Source of the DNA: Eledone cirrhosa
Lineage: Eukaryota
Length of the DNA: 64,000 nt
Direction of reading: 5' to 3'
NCBI GenBank assembly: GCA_964016885.1
Contig: OZ024744.1
Coordinates: 131,192,001 to 131,256,000, forward strand
Positions 10,183 through 21,846 of the stretch are shown one piece after another. The translations under genes and the position numbers were made by a program. The notes under the pieces were generated by a model, which saw only the letters and a program-made list of their open reading frames with translations, made no database searches and had not been told where the DNA came from. Each line of letters opens with the position of its first letter. Position 1 is the stretch's first letter.

Positions 10183-13100
10183 GCCGGGGTTAAGTTAAGT
10201 TGGCGTTAAGTTAAGTTAGGCTTAACTTAAGTTGGGGTTCAGTTAAGTTGGGGGTAAGTTAAGTTGGGGGTAAGTTAAGTTGGGGTTAAGTTAAGTTGCG
10301 TTTAAGTTGGGGTTAAGTTAAGTTAGGGTTAAGTTAAGTTGGGGTTAAGTTAAGTTGGGGTTAATTTAAATTGGGGTTAAGTTAACTTTGTGGTTAAGTT
10401 AAGTTGGGGTTAAGTTAAGTTGGGGTTAAGTTGGGGTTAATTTAAGTTGGGGCTAAGTTAATTTGTGGTTAAGTTAAGTTGGGGTTAAGTTAAGTTGGGG
10501 TTAAGTTAAGTTGGGGTTGAGTTAAGTTGGGGTTGAGTTAATTTGGGGTTAAATTAAGTTGGGGTTAAGTTAAGTTGGGGGTAAGTTAAGTTGGGGCTAA
10601 GTTAAGTTGGGGTTAAATTAAGTTGGGGTTACGTTAAGTTGGTGTTAAGTTAAGTTGGGGTTAATTTAAGTTGGGGTTAATTAAGTTGGGGTTAAGTTAA
10701 GTTGGGGTTAAGTTAAGTTGGGGTTTATTTAAGTTGGGGTTAAGTTAAGTTGGGGTTCAGTTAAGTTGGGGTTAAGTTAAGTTGGGGTTAAGATGGGGTT
10801 AAATTAAGTTGGGGTTAAGTTAAGTTGGGGTTAAGTTAAGTCGGGGTTAAGTTAAGGTAGGGTTCAGTTAAGTTGGGGTTAAGTTAAGTTGGGGTTGAGT
10901 TAAGTTGGGGTTGAGTTAAATTGGTGTTGAGTTAAGTTGGGGTTAAGTTAAGTTGGGGTTAAGTTAAGTTGCAGTTAAGTTAAGTTGAGGTTAAGTTAAG
11001 GTGCGGTTAAGTTAAGTTGGGGCTAAGTTAAGTTGGGGCTAAGTTAAGTTGGGGCTAAGTTACGTTGGGGTTAGGTTAAGTTGGGGTTAAGTTAAGTCGG
11101 GGTTAAGTTAAGTTGGCGTTAAGTTAAGTTGGGGTTAATTTAAGTTGGGGTTAGGTTAAGTTGGGGTTAATTTAAGTTGGGGTTAAGTTAAGTTGCGGGT
11201 AATTTAAGTTGGGGTTAAGTTAAGTTGGGGTTAAGTTAAGTTGGGGTTAAGTTAAGTTGGGGTTAAGTTAAGTTGGGGATAAGTTAAGTTGGGGTTAAGT
11301 TAAGTTGGGGTTTATTTAAGTTGGGGTTAATTTAAGTTGGGGTTCATTTAAGTTGGGGTTCAGTTAAGTTGGGGTTAAGTTAAGTTGGGGTTTATTTAAG
11401 TTGGGGTTAATTTAAGTCGGGGTTAAGTTAAGTCGGGGTTAAGTTAAGATAGGGTTAAGTTAAGTTGGGGTTAAGTTAAGTTGGGGTTGTGTTAAGTTGG
11501 GGTTGAGTTAAATTGGGGTTGAGTTAAGTTGGGGTTGAGTTAAGTTGGTGTTGAGTTAAGTTGGGGTTAAGTTAAGTTGGGGTTAATTTAAGTTGCAGTT
11601 AAGTTAAGTTGAGGTTAAGTTAAGGTGGGGTTAAGTTAAGTTGGGGTTAATTTAAGTTGGGGCTAAGCTAAGTTGGGGCTAATTTAAGTTGGGGCTAAGT
11701 TAAGTTGGGGTTAAGTTAGGTTGGGGTATATTAAGTTGGGGTTAAGTTAAGTTGGGGTTAAGTTAAGTTGGGGTTAAATTAAGTTGGTGTTAAGTTAAGT
11801 TGGGGCTGAGTTAAGTTGGGGCTGAGTTAAGTTGGGGCTGAGTTAAGTTGGGGTTAAGATAAGTTGGGGTTGAGTTAAGTTGGGGTTAAGTTAAGTTGGG
11901 GTTAAGTTAAGTTGGGGTTAAGTTGGGGTTAAGTTAAGTTAGGTTTAAGTTAATTTGGGTTTAAGTTAAGTTGGGGTTAAGTTAAGTTGGGGTTAAGTTA
12001 AGTTGGGTTTAAGTTAAGTTGGGGTTAAGTTAAGTTGGGGTTAAGTTAAGTCGGGGTTAAGTTAAGTTGGGTTTAAGTTAAGTTGGGGTTAAGTTAAGTT
12101 GGGGTTAAGTTAAGTTGGGGTTAAGTTAAGTTGGTTAGTTAAGTTGAGTTTAAGTTAAGTTGGGGTTAATTTAAGTCGGGGTTAAGTTAAGTTAGGGTTA
12201 AGTTAAGTTGGGGTTGAGTTAAGTTGGGGTTGAGTTAAATTGGGGTTGAGTTAAGTTGGGGTTGAGTTAAGTTGGTGTTGAGTTAAGTTGGGGTTAAGTT
12301 AAGTTGGGGTTAAGTTAAGTGGTGGTTAAGTTAAGTTGAGGTTAAGTTAAGTTGGGGTTAAGTTAAGTTGGGGTTAATTTAAGTTGGGGCTAAGTTAAGT
12401 TGGGGCTAAGTTAAGTTGGGGTTAAGTTAAGTTGGGGTCAACTTAAGTTGGGGTTAAGTTAAGTTGGCGTTAAGTTAAGTTGGGGTTAAGTTAAGTTGGG
12501 GTTAAGTTAAGTTGGTGTTAAGTTAAGTTGGGGCTGAGTTAAGTTGGGGCTGAGTTAAGTTGGGGCTGAGTTAAGTTGGGGTTCAGTCAAGTTGGGGTTG
12601 AGTTAAGTTGCGGTTAAGTTAAATTGGGGTTAAGTTAAGTTGGGGTTATTTTAAGTTGGGGTTTAGTTAAGTTGGGGTTCATTTAAGTTGGGGTTCAGTT
12701 AAGTTTGGGTTAAGTTGGGGTTAAATTAATTTGGGGTTAAATGAAGTTGGGGTTAAGTTAAGTTGGGGTTAAGTTAAGTTGGGGTTAATTTAAGTTGGGG
12801 TTAAGTTAACTTGCGGGTAATTTAAGTTGGGGTTAAGTTAAGTTGGCGTTAAGTTAAGTTGGGGTTAAGTTAAGTTTGGGTTAAGTTAAGTTGGGGTTGA
12901 GTTAATTTGGGGTTAAGTTAAGTTGGGGTTAAGTTAAGTTGGGGTTTATTTAAGTTGGGGTTAAGTTAAGTTGGGGTTCAGTTAAGTTGGGGTTCAGTTA
13001 AGTTGGGGTTAAGTTAAGTTGGGGTTAAGATGGGGTTAAATTAAGTTGGGGTTAAGTTAAGTTGGTTAGTTAAGTTGAGGTTAAGTTAAGTTGGGCTTAA

Positions 13101-13301
13101 GTTAAGTTGGGGTTAATTTAAGTTGGGGTTAAGTTAAGTTGGGGTTCAGTTAAGTTGGGGTTAAGTCAAGTTGGGGTTAAGTTGGGGTTAAATTAAGTTG
13201 GGGTTAAGTTAAGTTGGGGTCAAGTTAAGTTAGGGTTAAGTTAAGTTGGGGTTAAGTTAAGTTGGGGTTAAGTTAATTTGTGGTTAAGTTAAGTTGGGGT
13301 T

Positions 13302-13502
13302 AACCCCAACTTAACTTAACCCCAACTTCACTCAAACCCAACTTAACTCAACCCCAACTTAACTTAACCCCAGCTTCACTCAACCCCAACTTAACTTAAC
13401 CCCAACTTCACTCAACCCCAACTTAACTCAACCCCAACTTAACTTAACCCCAACTTGACTTAACCCCAACTTAACTTAACCCCAACTTAACTTAACCCCA
13501 AA
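13302..13502 (-). repeat. Inverted satellite island, class E (about 201 bp)
   Basis: CTCAAACCC and CCCCAGCTTCAC markers; ends in CCCCAAAGTCGGGG. Confidence 0.95.
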
Positions 13503-16500
13503 GTCGGGGTTAAGTTAAGTTGGGGGTAAGTTAAGTTGGGATTAAGTTAAGTTGCGGTTAAGTTGGGGTTAAGTTAAGTTGGGGTTAAGTTAAGTCGGGG
13601 TAAGTTAAGTCGGGGTTAAGTTAAGTTAGGGTTAAGTTAAGTTGGGGTTAAGTTAAAGTTGGGGTTGAGTTAAGTTGCGGTTGAGTTAAATTGGGGTTGA
13701 GTTAAGTTGGGGTTGAGTGAAGTTGGTGTTGAGTTAAGTTGGGGTTAAGTTAAGTTGGGGTTAAGTTATGTTGCGGTTAAGTTAAGTTGAGGTTAAGTTA
13801 AGTTGGGGTTAACTTAAGTGTGGGTTAAGTTAAGTTGGGGTTAAGTTAAGTTGGGGTTGAGTTAAGTTGGGGTAGAGTTAAATTGGGGTTGAGTTAAGTT
13901 GGGGTTGAGTTAAGTTGGGGCTGAGTTAAGTTGGGGCTGAGTTAAGTTGGGGCTGAGTTAAGTTGGGGTTCAGTTAAGTTGGGGTTGAGTTAAGTTGCGC
14001 TTAAGTTAAGTTGGGGTTAAGTTAAGTTGGGGTTATGTTAAGTTGGGGTTTAGTTAAGTTGGGGTTCATTTAAGTTGGGGTTAAGTTAAGTTTAGGTTAA
14101 GTTGGGGTTAAATTAATTTGGGGTTAAGTTAAGTTGGGGTTAAGTTAAGTTGGGGTTAATTTAAGTTGGGGTTAATTTAAGTTGGGGTTAAGTTAAGTTG
14201 CGGGTAATTTAAGTTGGGGTTAAGTTAAGTTGGTGTTAAGTTAAGTTGGGGTTAAGTTAAGTTGGGGTTAAGTTAAGTTTGGGTTAAGTTAAGTTGGGGC
14301 TAATTTAAGTTGGGGCTGAGTTAAGTTGGGGTTAAGTTAAGTTGGGGTTAAGTTAATTTGGGGTTAAGTTGGGGTTAAGTTAAGTTGGGGTTTATTTAAG
14401 TTGGGGTTAAGTTAAGTTGGGGTTCAGTTAAGTTGGGGTTCAGTTAAGTTGGGGTTAAGTTAAGTTGGGGTTAAGTTAAGTTGGTTAGTTAAGTTGAGGT
14501 TAAGTTAAGTTGGGGTTAAGTTAAGTTGGGGTTAAGTTAAGTTGGGGTTAATTAAAGTTAGGGTTAAGTTAAGTTGGGGTTAAGTTAAGTTGGGGTTATG
14601 TTAAGTTGGGGTTAAGTTAGGTTGGGGTTAAGTTAAGTTGTGGCTAAGTTAAGTTGGGGCTGAGTTAAGTTGGGGTTAAGTTAAGTTGGGGTTAAGTTAA
14701 GTTGGGGATAAGTTAAGTTGGGGTTAAGTTAAGTTGTGGTTTATTTAAGTTGGGGTTAATTTAAGTTGGGGTTCAGTTAAGTTGGGGTTCAGTTAAGTTG
14801 GGGTTAAGTTAAGTTGGGGTTTATTTAAGTTGGGGTTAATTTAAGTCGGGGTTAAGTTAAGTCGGGGTTAAGTTAAGTTAGGGTTAAGTTAAGTTGGGGT
14901 TAAGTTAAGTTGGGGTTGTGTTAAGTTGGGGTTGAGTTAAATTGGGGTTGAGTTAAGTTGGGGTTGAGTTAAGTTGGTGTTGAGTTAAGTTGGGGTTAAG
15001 TTAAGTTGGGGTTAATTTAAGTTGCAGTTAAGTTAAGTTGAGGTTAAGTTAAGGTGGGGTTAAGTTAAGTTGGGGTTAAGTTAAGTTGGGGTATATTAAG
15101 TTGGGGTTAAGTTAAGTTGGGGTTAAGTTAAGTTGGGGTTAAGTTAAGTTGGTGTTAAGTTAAGTTGGGGCTGAGTTAAGTTGGGGCTGAGTTAAGTTGG
15201 GGTTGAGTTAAGTTGGGGTTAAGATAAGTTGGGGTTGAGTTAAGTTGGGGTTAAGTTAAGTTGGGGTTAAGTTAAGTTGGGGTTAAGTTGGGGTTAAGTT
15301 AAGTTAGGTTTAAGTTAAGTTGGGTTTAAGTTAAGTTGGGGTTAAGTTAAGTTGGGGTTAAGTTAAGTTGGGTTTAAGTTAAGTTGGGGTTAAGTTAAGT
15401 TGGGGTTAAGTTAAGTCGGGGTTAAGTTAAGTTGGGGTTAAGTTAAGTTGGGGTTAAGTTAAGTTGGGGTTAAGTTAAGTTGGTGTTAAGTTAAGTTGAG
15501 GTTAAGTTAAGTTGGGGTTAAATTAAGTTGGGGTTAAGTTAAGTTGGGGTTAAGTTAAGTTGGGGTTAAGTTAAGTTGGGGATATGTTAAGTTGGGGATG
15601 AGTTAAGTTGGGGTTAAGTTAAGTTGGGTTTAAGTTAAGTTGGGGTTAAGTTAAGTTGGGGTTAAGTTAAGTTTGGGTTAAGTTAAGTTGGTTAGTTAAG
15701 TTGAGTTTAAGTTAAGTTGGGGTTAATTTAAGTCGGGTTTAAGTTAAGTTAGGGTTAAGTTGGGGTTGAGTTAAGTTGGGGTTGAGTTAAATTGGGGTTG
15801 AGTTAAGTTGGGGTTGAGTTAAGTTGGTGTTGAGTTAAGTTGGGGTTAAGTTAAGTTGGGGTTAAGTTAAGTTGTGGTTAAGTTAAGTTGAGGTTAAGTT
15901 AAGTTGGGGTTAAGTTAAGTTGGGGTTAATTTAAGTTGGGGCTAAGTTAAGTTGGGGCTAAGTTAAGTTGGGGTTAAGTTAAGTTGGGGTCAACTTAAGT
16001 TGGGGTTAAGTTAAGTTGGCGTTAAGTTAAGTTGGGGTTAAGCTAAGTTGGGGTTAAGTTAAGTTGGTGTTAAGTTAAGTTGGGGCTGAGTTAAGTTGGG
16101 GCTGAGTTAAGTTGGGGCTGAGTTAAGTTGGGGTTCAGTCAAGTTGGGGTTGAGTTAAGTTGCGGTTAAGTTAAGTTGGGGTTAAGTTAAGTTGGGGTTA
16201 TTTTAAGTTGGGGTTTAGTTAAGTTGGGGTTCATTTAAGTTGGGGTTAAGTTAAGTTTGGGTTAAGTTGGGGTTAAATTAATTTGGGGTTAAATGAAGTT
16301 GGGGTTAAGTTAAGTTGCGGGTAATTTAAGTTGGGGTTAAGTTAAGTTGGGGTTAAGTTAAGTTGGGGTTAATTTAAGTTTGGGTTAAATTAAGTTGGGG
16401 TTAAGTTAATTTGGGGTTAAGTTAAGTTGGGGTTAAGTTAAGTTGGGGTTTATTTAAGTTGGGGTTAAGTTAAGTTGGGGTTCAGTTAAGTTGGGTTTCA

Positions 16501-16805
16501 GTTAAGTTGGTGTTAAGTTAAGTTGGGGTTAAGATGGGGTTAAATTAAGTTGGGGTTAAGTTAAGTTGGTTAGTTAAGTTGAGGTTAAGTTAAGTTGGGG
16601 TTAATTTAAGTTGGGGTTAAGTTAAGTTGGGCTTAAGTTAAGTTGGGGTTAATTTAAGTTGGGGTTAAGTTAAGTTGGGGTTCAGTTAAGTTGGGGTTAA
16701 GTCAAGTTGGGGTTAAGTTGGGGTTAAATTAAGTTGGGGTTAAGTTAAGTTGGGGTCAAGTTAAGTTAGGGTTAAGTTAAGTTGGGGTTAAGTTAAGTTG
16801 GGGTT

Positions 16806-17006
16806 AACCCCAACTTAACTTAACCCCAACTTCACTCAAACCCAACTTAACTCAACCCCAACTTAACTTAACCCCAGCTTCACTCAACCCCAACTTAACT
16901 TAACCCAAACTTCACTCAACCCCAACTTAACTCAACCCCAACTTAACTTAACCCCAACTTGACTTAACCCCAACTTAACTTAACCCCAACTTAACTTAAC
17001 CCCAAA
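16806..17006 (-). repeat. Inverted satellite island, class E (about 201 bp)
   Basis: CTCAAACCC and CAGCTTCAC markers plus ACCCAAAC variant; ends in AAAGTCGGGG. Confidence 0.95.
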
Positions 17007-19678
17007 GTCGGGGTTAAGTTAAGTTGGGGGTAAGTTAAGTTGGGATTAAGTTAAGTTGCGGTTAAGTTGGGGTTAAGTTAAGTTGGGGTTAAGTTAAGTC
17101 GGGGTAATTTAAGTCGGGGTTAAGTTAAGTTAGGGTTAAGTTAAGTTGGGGTTAAGTTAAAGTTGGGGTTGAGTTAAGTTGCGGTTGAGTTAAATTGGGG
17201 TTGAGTTAAGTTGGGGTTGAGTGAAGTTGGTGTTGAGTTAAGTTGGGGTTGAGTTAAGTTGGTGTTGAGTTAAGTTGGGGTTAAGTTAAGTTGGGGTTAA
17301 GTTATGTTGCGGTTAATTTAAGTTGAGGTTAAGTTAAGTTGGGGTTAACTTAAGTGTGGGTTAAGTTCAGTTGGGGTTAAGTTAAGTTGGGGTTGAGTTA
17401 AGTTGGGGTTGAGTTAAATTGGGGTTGAGTTAAGTTGGGGTTGAGTTAAGTTGGTGTTGAGTTAAGTTGGGGTTAAGTTAAGTTGGGGTTAAGTTAAGTT
17501 GCGGTTAAGTTAAGTTGAGGTTAAGTTAAGTTGGGGTTAACTTAAGTGTGGGTTAAGTTAAGTTGGGGTTAAGTTAAGTTGGGGTTAAGTTAAGTTGGTG
17601 TTAAGTTAAGTTGGGGCTGAGTTAAGTTGGGGCTGAGTTAAGTTGGGGCTGAGTTAAGTTGGGGTTCAGTTAAGTTGGGGTTGAGTTAAGTTGCGGTTAA
17701 GTTAAGTTGGGGTTAAGTTAAGTTGGGGTTATGTTAAGTTGGGGTTAAGGTAGGTTGGGGTTAAGTTAAGTTGGGGTTGAGTTAAGTTGGGGTTGAGTTA
17801 AATTGGGGTTGAGTTAAGTTGGGGTTGAGTTAAGTTGGTGTTGAGTTAAGTTGGGGTTAAGTTAAGTTGGGGTTAAGTTAAGTTGGGGTTAACTTAAGTG
17901 TGGGTTAAGTTAAGTTAAGGTTAAGTTAAGTTGGGGTTAAGTTAAGTTGGGGTTAAGTTAAGTTGGGGTTAAGTTAAGTTGGTGTTAAGTTAAGTTGGGG
18001 CTGAGTTAAGTTGGGGCTGAGTTAAGTTGGGGCTGAGTTAAGTTGGGGTTCAGTTAAGTTGGGGTTGAGTTAAGTTGCGGTTAAGTTAAGTTGGGGTTAA
18101 GTTAAGTTGGGGTTATGTTAAGTTGGGGTTTAGTTAAGTTGGGGTTCATTTAAGTTGGGGTTAAGTTAAGTTTAGGTTAAGTTGGGGTTAAATTAATTTG
18201 GGGTTAAGTTAAGTTGGGGTTAAGTTAAGTTGGGGTTAATTTAAGTTGGGGTTAATTTAAGTTGGGGTTAAGTTAAGTTGCGGGTAATTTAAGTTGGGGT
18301 TAAGTTAAGTTGGGGTTAAGTTAAGTTGGGGTTAAGTTAAGTTGGGGTTAAGTTAAGTTTGGGTTAAGTTAAGTTGGGGCTAATTTAAGTTGGGGCTGAG
18401 TTAAGTTGGGGTTAAGTTAAGTTGGGGTTAAGTTAATTTGGGGTTAAGTTGGGGTTAAGTTAAGTTGGGGTTTATTTAAGTTGGGGTTAAGTTAAGTTGG
18501 GGTTCAGTTAAGTTGGGGTTCAGTTAAGTTGGGGTTAAGTTAAGTTGGGGTTAAGTTAAGTTGGGGTTAAGTTAAGTTGGGGTTAATTTAAGTTGGGGCT
18601 AAGTTAAGTTGGGGCTAAGTTAAGTTGGAGCTAAGTTAAGTTGGGTTTAAGTTAAGGTGGGGTTAAGTTAAGTTGAGGTTAAGTTAAGTTGGGGTTAAGT
18701 TAAGTTGGTGTTAAGTTAAGTTGGGGCTGAGTTAAGTTGGGGCTGAGTTAAGTTGGGGCTGATTTAAGTTGGGGTTGAGTTAAGTTGGGGTTGAGTTAAG
18801 TTGCGGTTAAGTTAAGTTGGGGTTAAGTTAAGTTGGGGTTATGTTAAGTTGGGGTTAAGTTAAGTTGGGGTTAAGTTACGTTGGGGTTGAGTTAAGTTGG
18901 GGTTGAGTTAAATTGGGGTTGAGTTAAGTTGGGGTTGAGTTAAGTTGGTGTTGAGTTAAGTTGGGATTAAGTTAAGTTGGGGTTAAGTTAAGTTGCGGTT
19001 AAGTTAAGGTGAGGTTAAGTTAAGTTGGGGTTAACTTAAGTTGGGGTTAAGTTAAGTTGGGGTTAAGTTAAGTTGGGGTTAAGTTAAGTTGGTGTTAAGT
19101 TAAGTTGGGGCTGAGTTAAGTTGGGGCTGAGTTAAGTTGGGGCTGAGTTAAGTTGGGGTTCAGTTAAGTTGGGGTTGAGTTAAGTTGCGGTTAATTTAAG
19201 TTGGGGTTAAGTTAAGTTGGGGTTCATTTAAGTTGGGGTTAAGTTAAGTTTGGGTTAAGTTGGGGTTAAATTAATTTGGGGTTAAGTTAAGTTGGGGTTA
19301 AGTTAAGTTGGGGTTAAGTTAAGTTGGGGTTAATTTAAGTTGGGGTTAATTTAAGTTGCGGGTAATTTAAGTTGGGGTTAAGTTAAGTTGGGGTTAAGTT
19401 AAGTTGGGGTTAAGTTAAGTTGGGGTTAAGTTAAGTTGGGGTTAAGTTAAGTTGGGGCTGAGTTAAGTTGGGGTTAATTTAAGTTGGGGTTAAGTTAAGT
19501 TGGGGTTAAGTTAAGTTGGGGTTTATTTAAGTTGGGGTTAAGTTAAGTTGGGGTTCAGTTAAGTTGGGGTTCAGTTAAGTTGGGGTTAAGTTAAGTTGGG
19601 GTTAAGATGGGGTTAAATTAAGTTGGGGTTAAGTTAAGTTGGGGTTAAGTTAAGTTGGGGTTAAGTTAAGTTGGGGTT

Positions 19679-19854
19679 AACCCCAACTTAACTTAACCGC
19701 AACTTCACTCAACCCCAACGTAACTCAGCCCCAACTTAACTTAACCCCAACTTCAATCAACCCCAACTTAACTTAACCCCAACTTCACTCAACCCCAACT
19801 TCCAACTTGACTTAACCCCAACTTAACTTAGCCCCAACTTAACTTAAGCCCAAA
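19679..19854 (-). repeat. Inverted satellite island, class F (about 176 bp)
   Basis: AACCGCAAC, CTCAGCCCC and deletion junction CAACTTCCAACTTGAC; ends in GCCCAAAGTCGGGG. Confidence 0.95.
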
Positions 19855-21645
19855 GTCGGGGTTAAGTTAAGTTGGCGTTAAGTTAAGTTAGGCTTAACTT
19901 AAGTTGGGGTTCAGTTAAGTTGGGGGTAAGTTAAGTTGGGGGTAAGTTAAGTTGGGGTTAAGTTAAGTTGCGGTTAAGTTGGGGTTAAGTTAAGTTAGGG
20001 TTAAGTTAAGTTGGGGTTGAGTTAAGTTGGGGTTAATTAAGTGGTGGTTATGTTAAGTTGGGGTTAAGTTAAGTTGGGGTTAATTTAAATTGGGGTTAAG
20101 TTAACTTTGTGGTTAAGTTAAGTTGGGGTTAAGTTAAGTTGGGGTAAAGTTGGGGTTGAGTTAAGTTGGGGTTGAGTGAAGTTGGGGTTAAGTTAAGTTG
20201 GGGTTAAGTTAAGTTGGGGTTAAGATAAGTCGGGGTTAAATTAAGTTGTGGTTGAGTTAAGTTGGGGTTAATTTAAGTTGGGGCTAAGTTAATTTGTGGT
20301 TAAGTTAAGTTGGGGTTAAGTTAAGTTGGGGTTAAGTTAAGTCGGGGTAAGTTAAGTCGGGGTTAAGTTAAGTTAGGGTTAAGTTAAGTTGGGGTTAAGT
20401 TAAGTTGTGGTTGAGTTAAGTTGGGGTTGAGTTAAATTGGGGTTGAGTTAAGTTGGGGTTGAGTTAAGTTGGTGTTGAGTTAAGTTGGGGTTAAGTTAAG
20501 TTGGGGTTGAGTTAAGTTGGGGTTAAGTTAAGTTGGGGTTAAGTTAAGTTGGGGTTAAGTTGGGGTTAAGTTAAGTTAGGTTTAAGTTAAGTTGGGTTTA
20601 AGTTAAGTTGGGGTTAAGTTAAGTTGGGGTTAAGTTAAGTTGGGTTTAAGTTAAGTTGGGGTTAAGTTAAGTTGGGGTTAAGTTAAGTCGGGGTTAAGTT
20701 AAGTTGGGGTTAAGTTAAGTTGGGGTTAAGTTAAGTTGGGGTTAAGTTAAGTTGGGGTTAAGTTAAGTTGGTGTTAAGTTAAGTTGAGGTTAAGTTAAGT
20801 TGGGGTTAAATTAAGTTGGGGTTAAGTTAAGTTGGGGTTAAGTTAAGTTGGGGTTAAGTTAAGTTGGGGATATGTTAAGTTGGGGATGAGTTAAGTTGGG
20901 GTTAAGTTAAGTTGGGTTTAAGTTAAGTTGGGGTTAAGTTAAGTTGGGGTTAAGTTAAGTTGGGGTTAAGTTAAGTTGGTTAGTTAAGTTGAGTTTAAGT
21001 TAAGTTGGGGTTAATTTAAGTCGGGTTTAAGTTAAGTTAGGGTTAAGTTGGGGTTGAGTTAAGTTGGGGTTGAGTTAAATTGGGGTTGAGTTAAGTTGGG
21101 GTTGAGTTAAGTTGGTGTTGAGTTAAGTTGGGGTTAAGTTAAGTTGGGGTTAAGTTAAGTTGTGGTTAAGTTAAGTTGAGGTTAAGTTAAGTTGGGGTTA
21201 AGTTAAGTTGGGGTTAATTTAAGTTGGGGCTAAGTTAAGTTGGGGCTAAGTTAAGTTGGGGTTAAGTTAAGTTGGGGTCAACTTAAGTTGGGGTTAAGTT
21301 AAGTTGGCGTTAAGTTAAGTTGGGGTTAAGATGGGGTTAAATTAAGTTGGGGTTAAGTTAAGTTGGGGTTTATTTAAGTTGGGGTTAAGTTAAGTTGGGG
21401 TTCAGTTAAGTTGGGTTTCAGTTAAGTTGGGGTTAAGTTAAGTTGGGGTTAAGATGGGGTTAAATTAAGTTGGGGTTAAGTTAAGTTGGTTAGTTAAGTT
21501 GAGGTTAAGTTAAGTTGGGGTTCAGTTAAGTTGGGGTTAAGTCAAGTTGGGGTTAAGTTGGGGTTAAATTAAGTTGGGGTTAAGTTAAGTTGGGGTCAAG
21601 TTAAGTTAGGGTTAAGTTAAGTTGGGGTTAAGTTAAGTTGGGGTT

Positions 21646-21846
21646 AACCCCAACTTAACTTAACCCCAACTTCACTCAAACCCAACTTAACTCAACCCCA
21701 ACTTAACTTAACCCCAGCTTCACTCAACCCCAACTTAACTTAACCCAAACTTCACTCAACCCCAACTTAACTCAACCCCAACTTAACTTAACCCCAACTT
21801 GACTTAACCCCAACTTAACTTAACCCCAACTTAACTTAACCCCAAA
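21646..21846 (-). repeat. Inverted satellite island, class E (about 201 bp)
   Basis: Same markers as the 16806 island, including ACCCAAAC. Confidence 0.95.

Larger units (their letters stand above)
1..11260 (+). repeat. Higher-order repeat, about 6.8-kb period (island order A-B-D-C), about 1.6 copies visible
   Basis: Landmarks AAATTCGGGGTTAAGTTATG (C at 59 and 6897) and AAATCGGAG (C at 438 and 7276) both recur at +6838; variant order is shared until about 11260. Confidence 0.9.

Noticed and set aside
13302-13502. Islands as MITE or piggyBac-type insertions at TTAA
   Set aside because: Islands consist wholly of the reversed satellite, have no distinct terminal inverted repeats or target-site duplication, and are inherited with their flanking variants rather than inserted at new sites.
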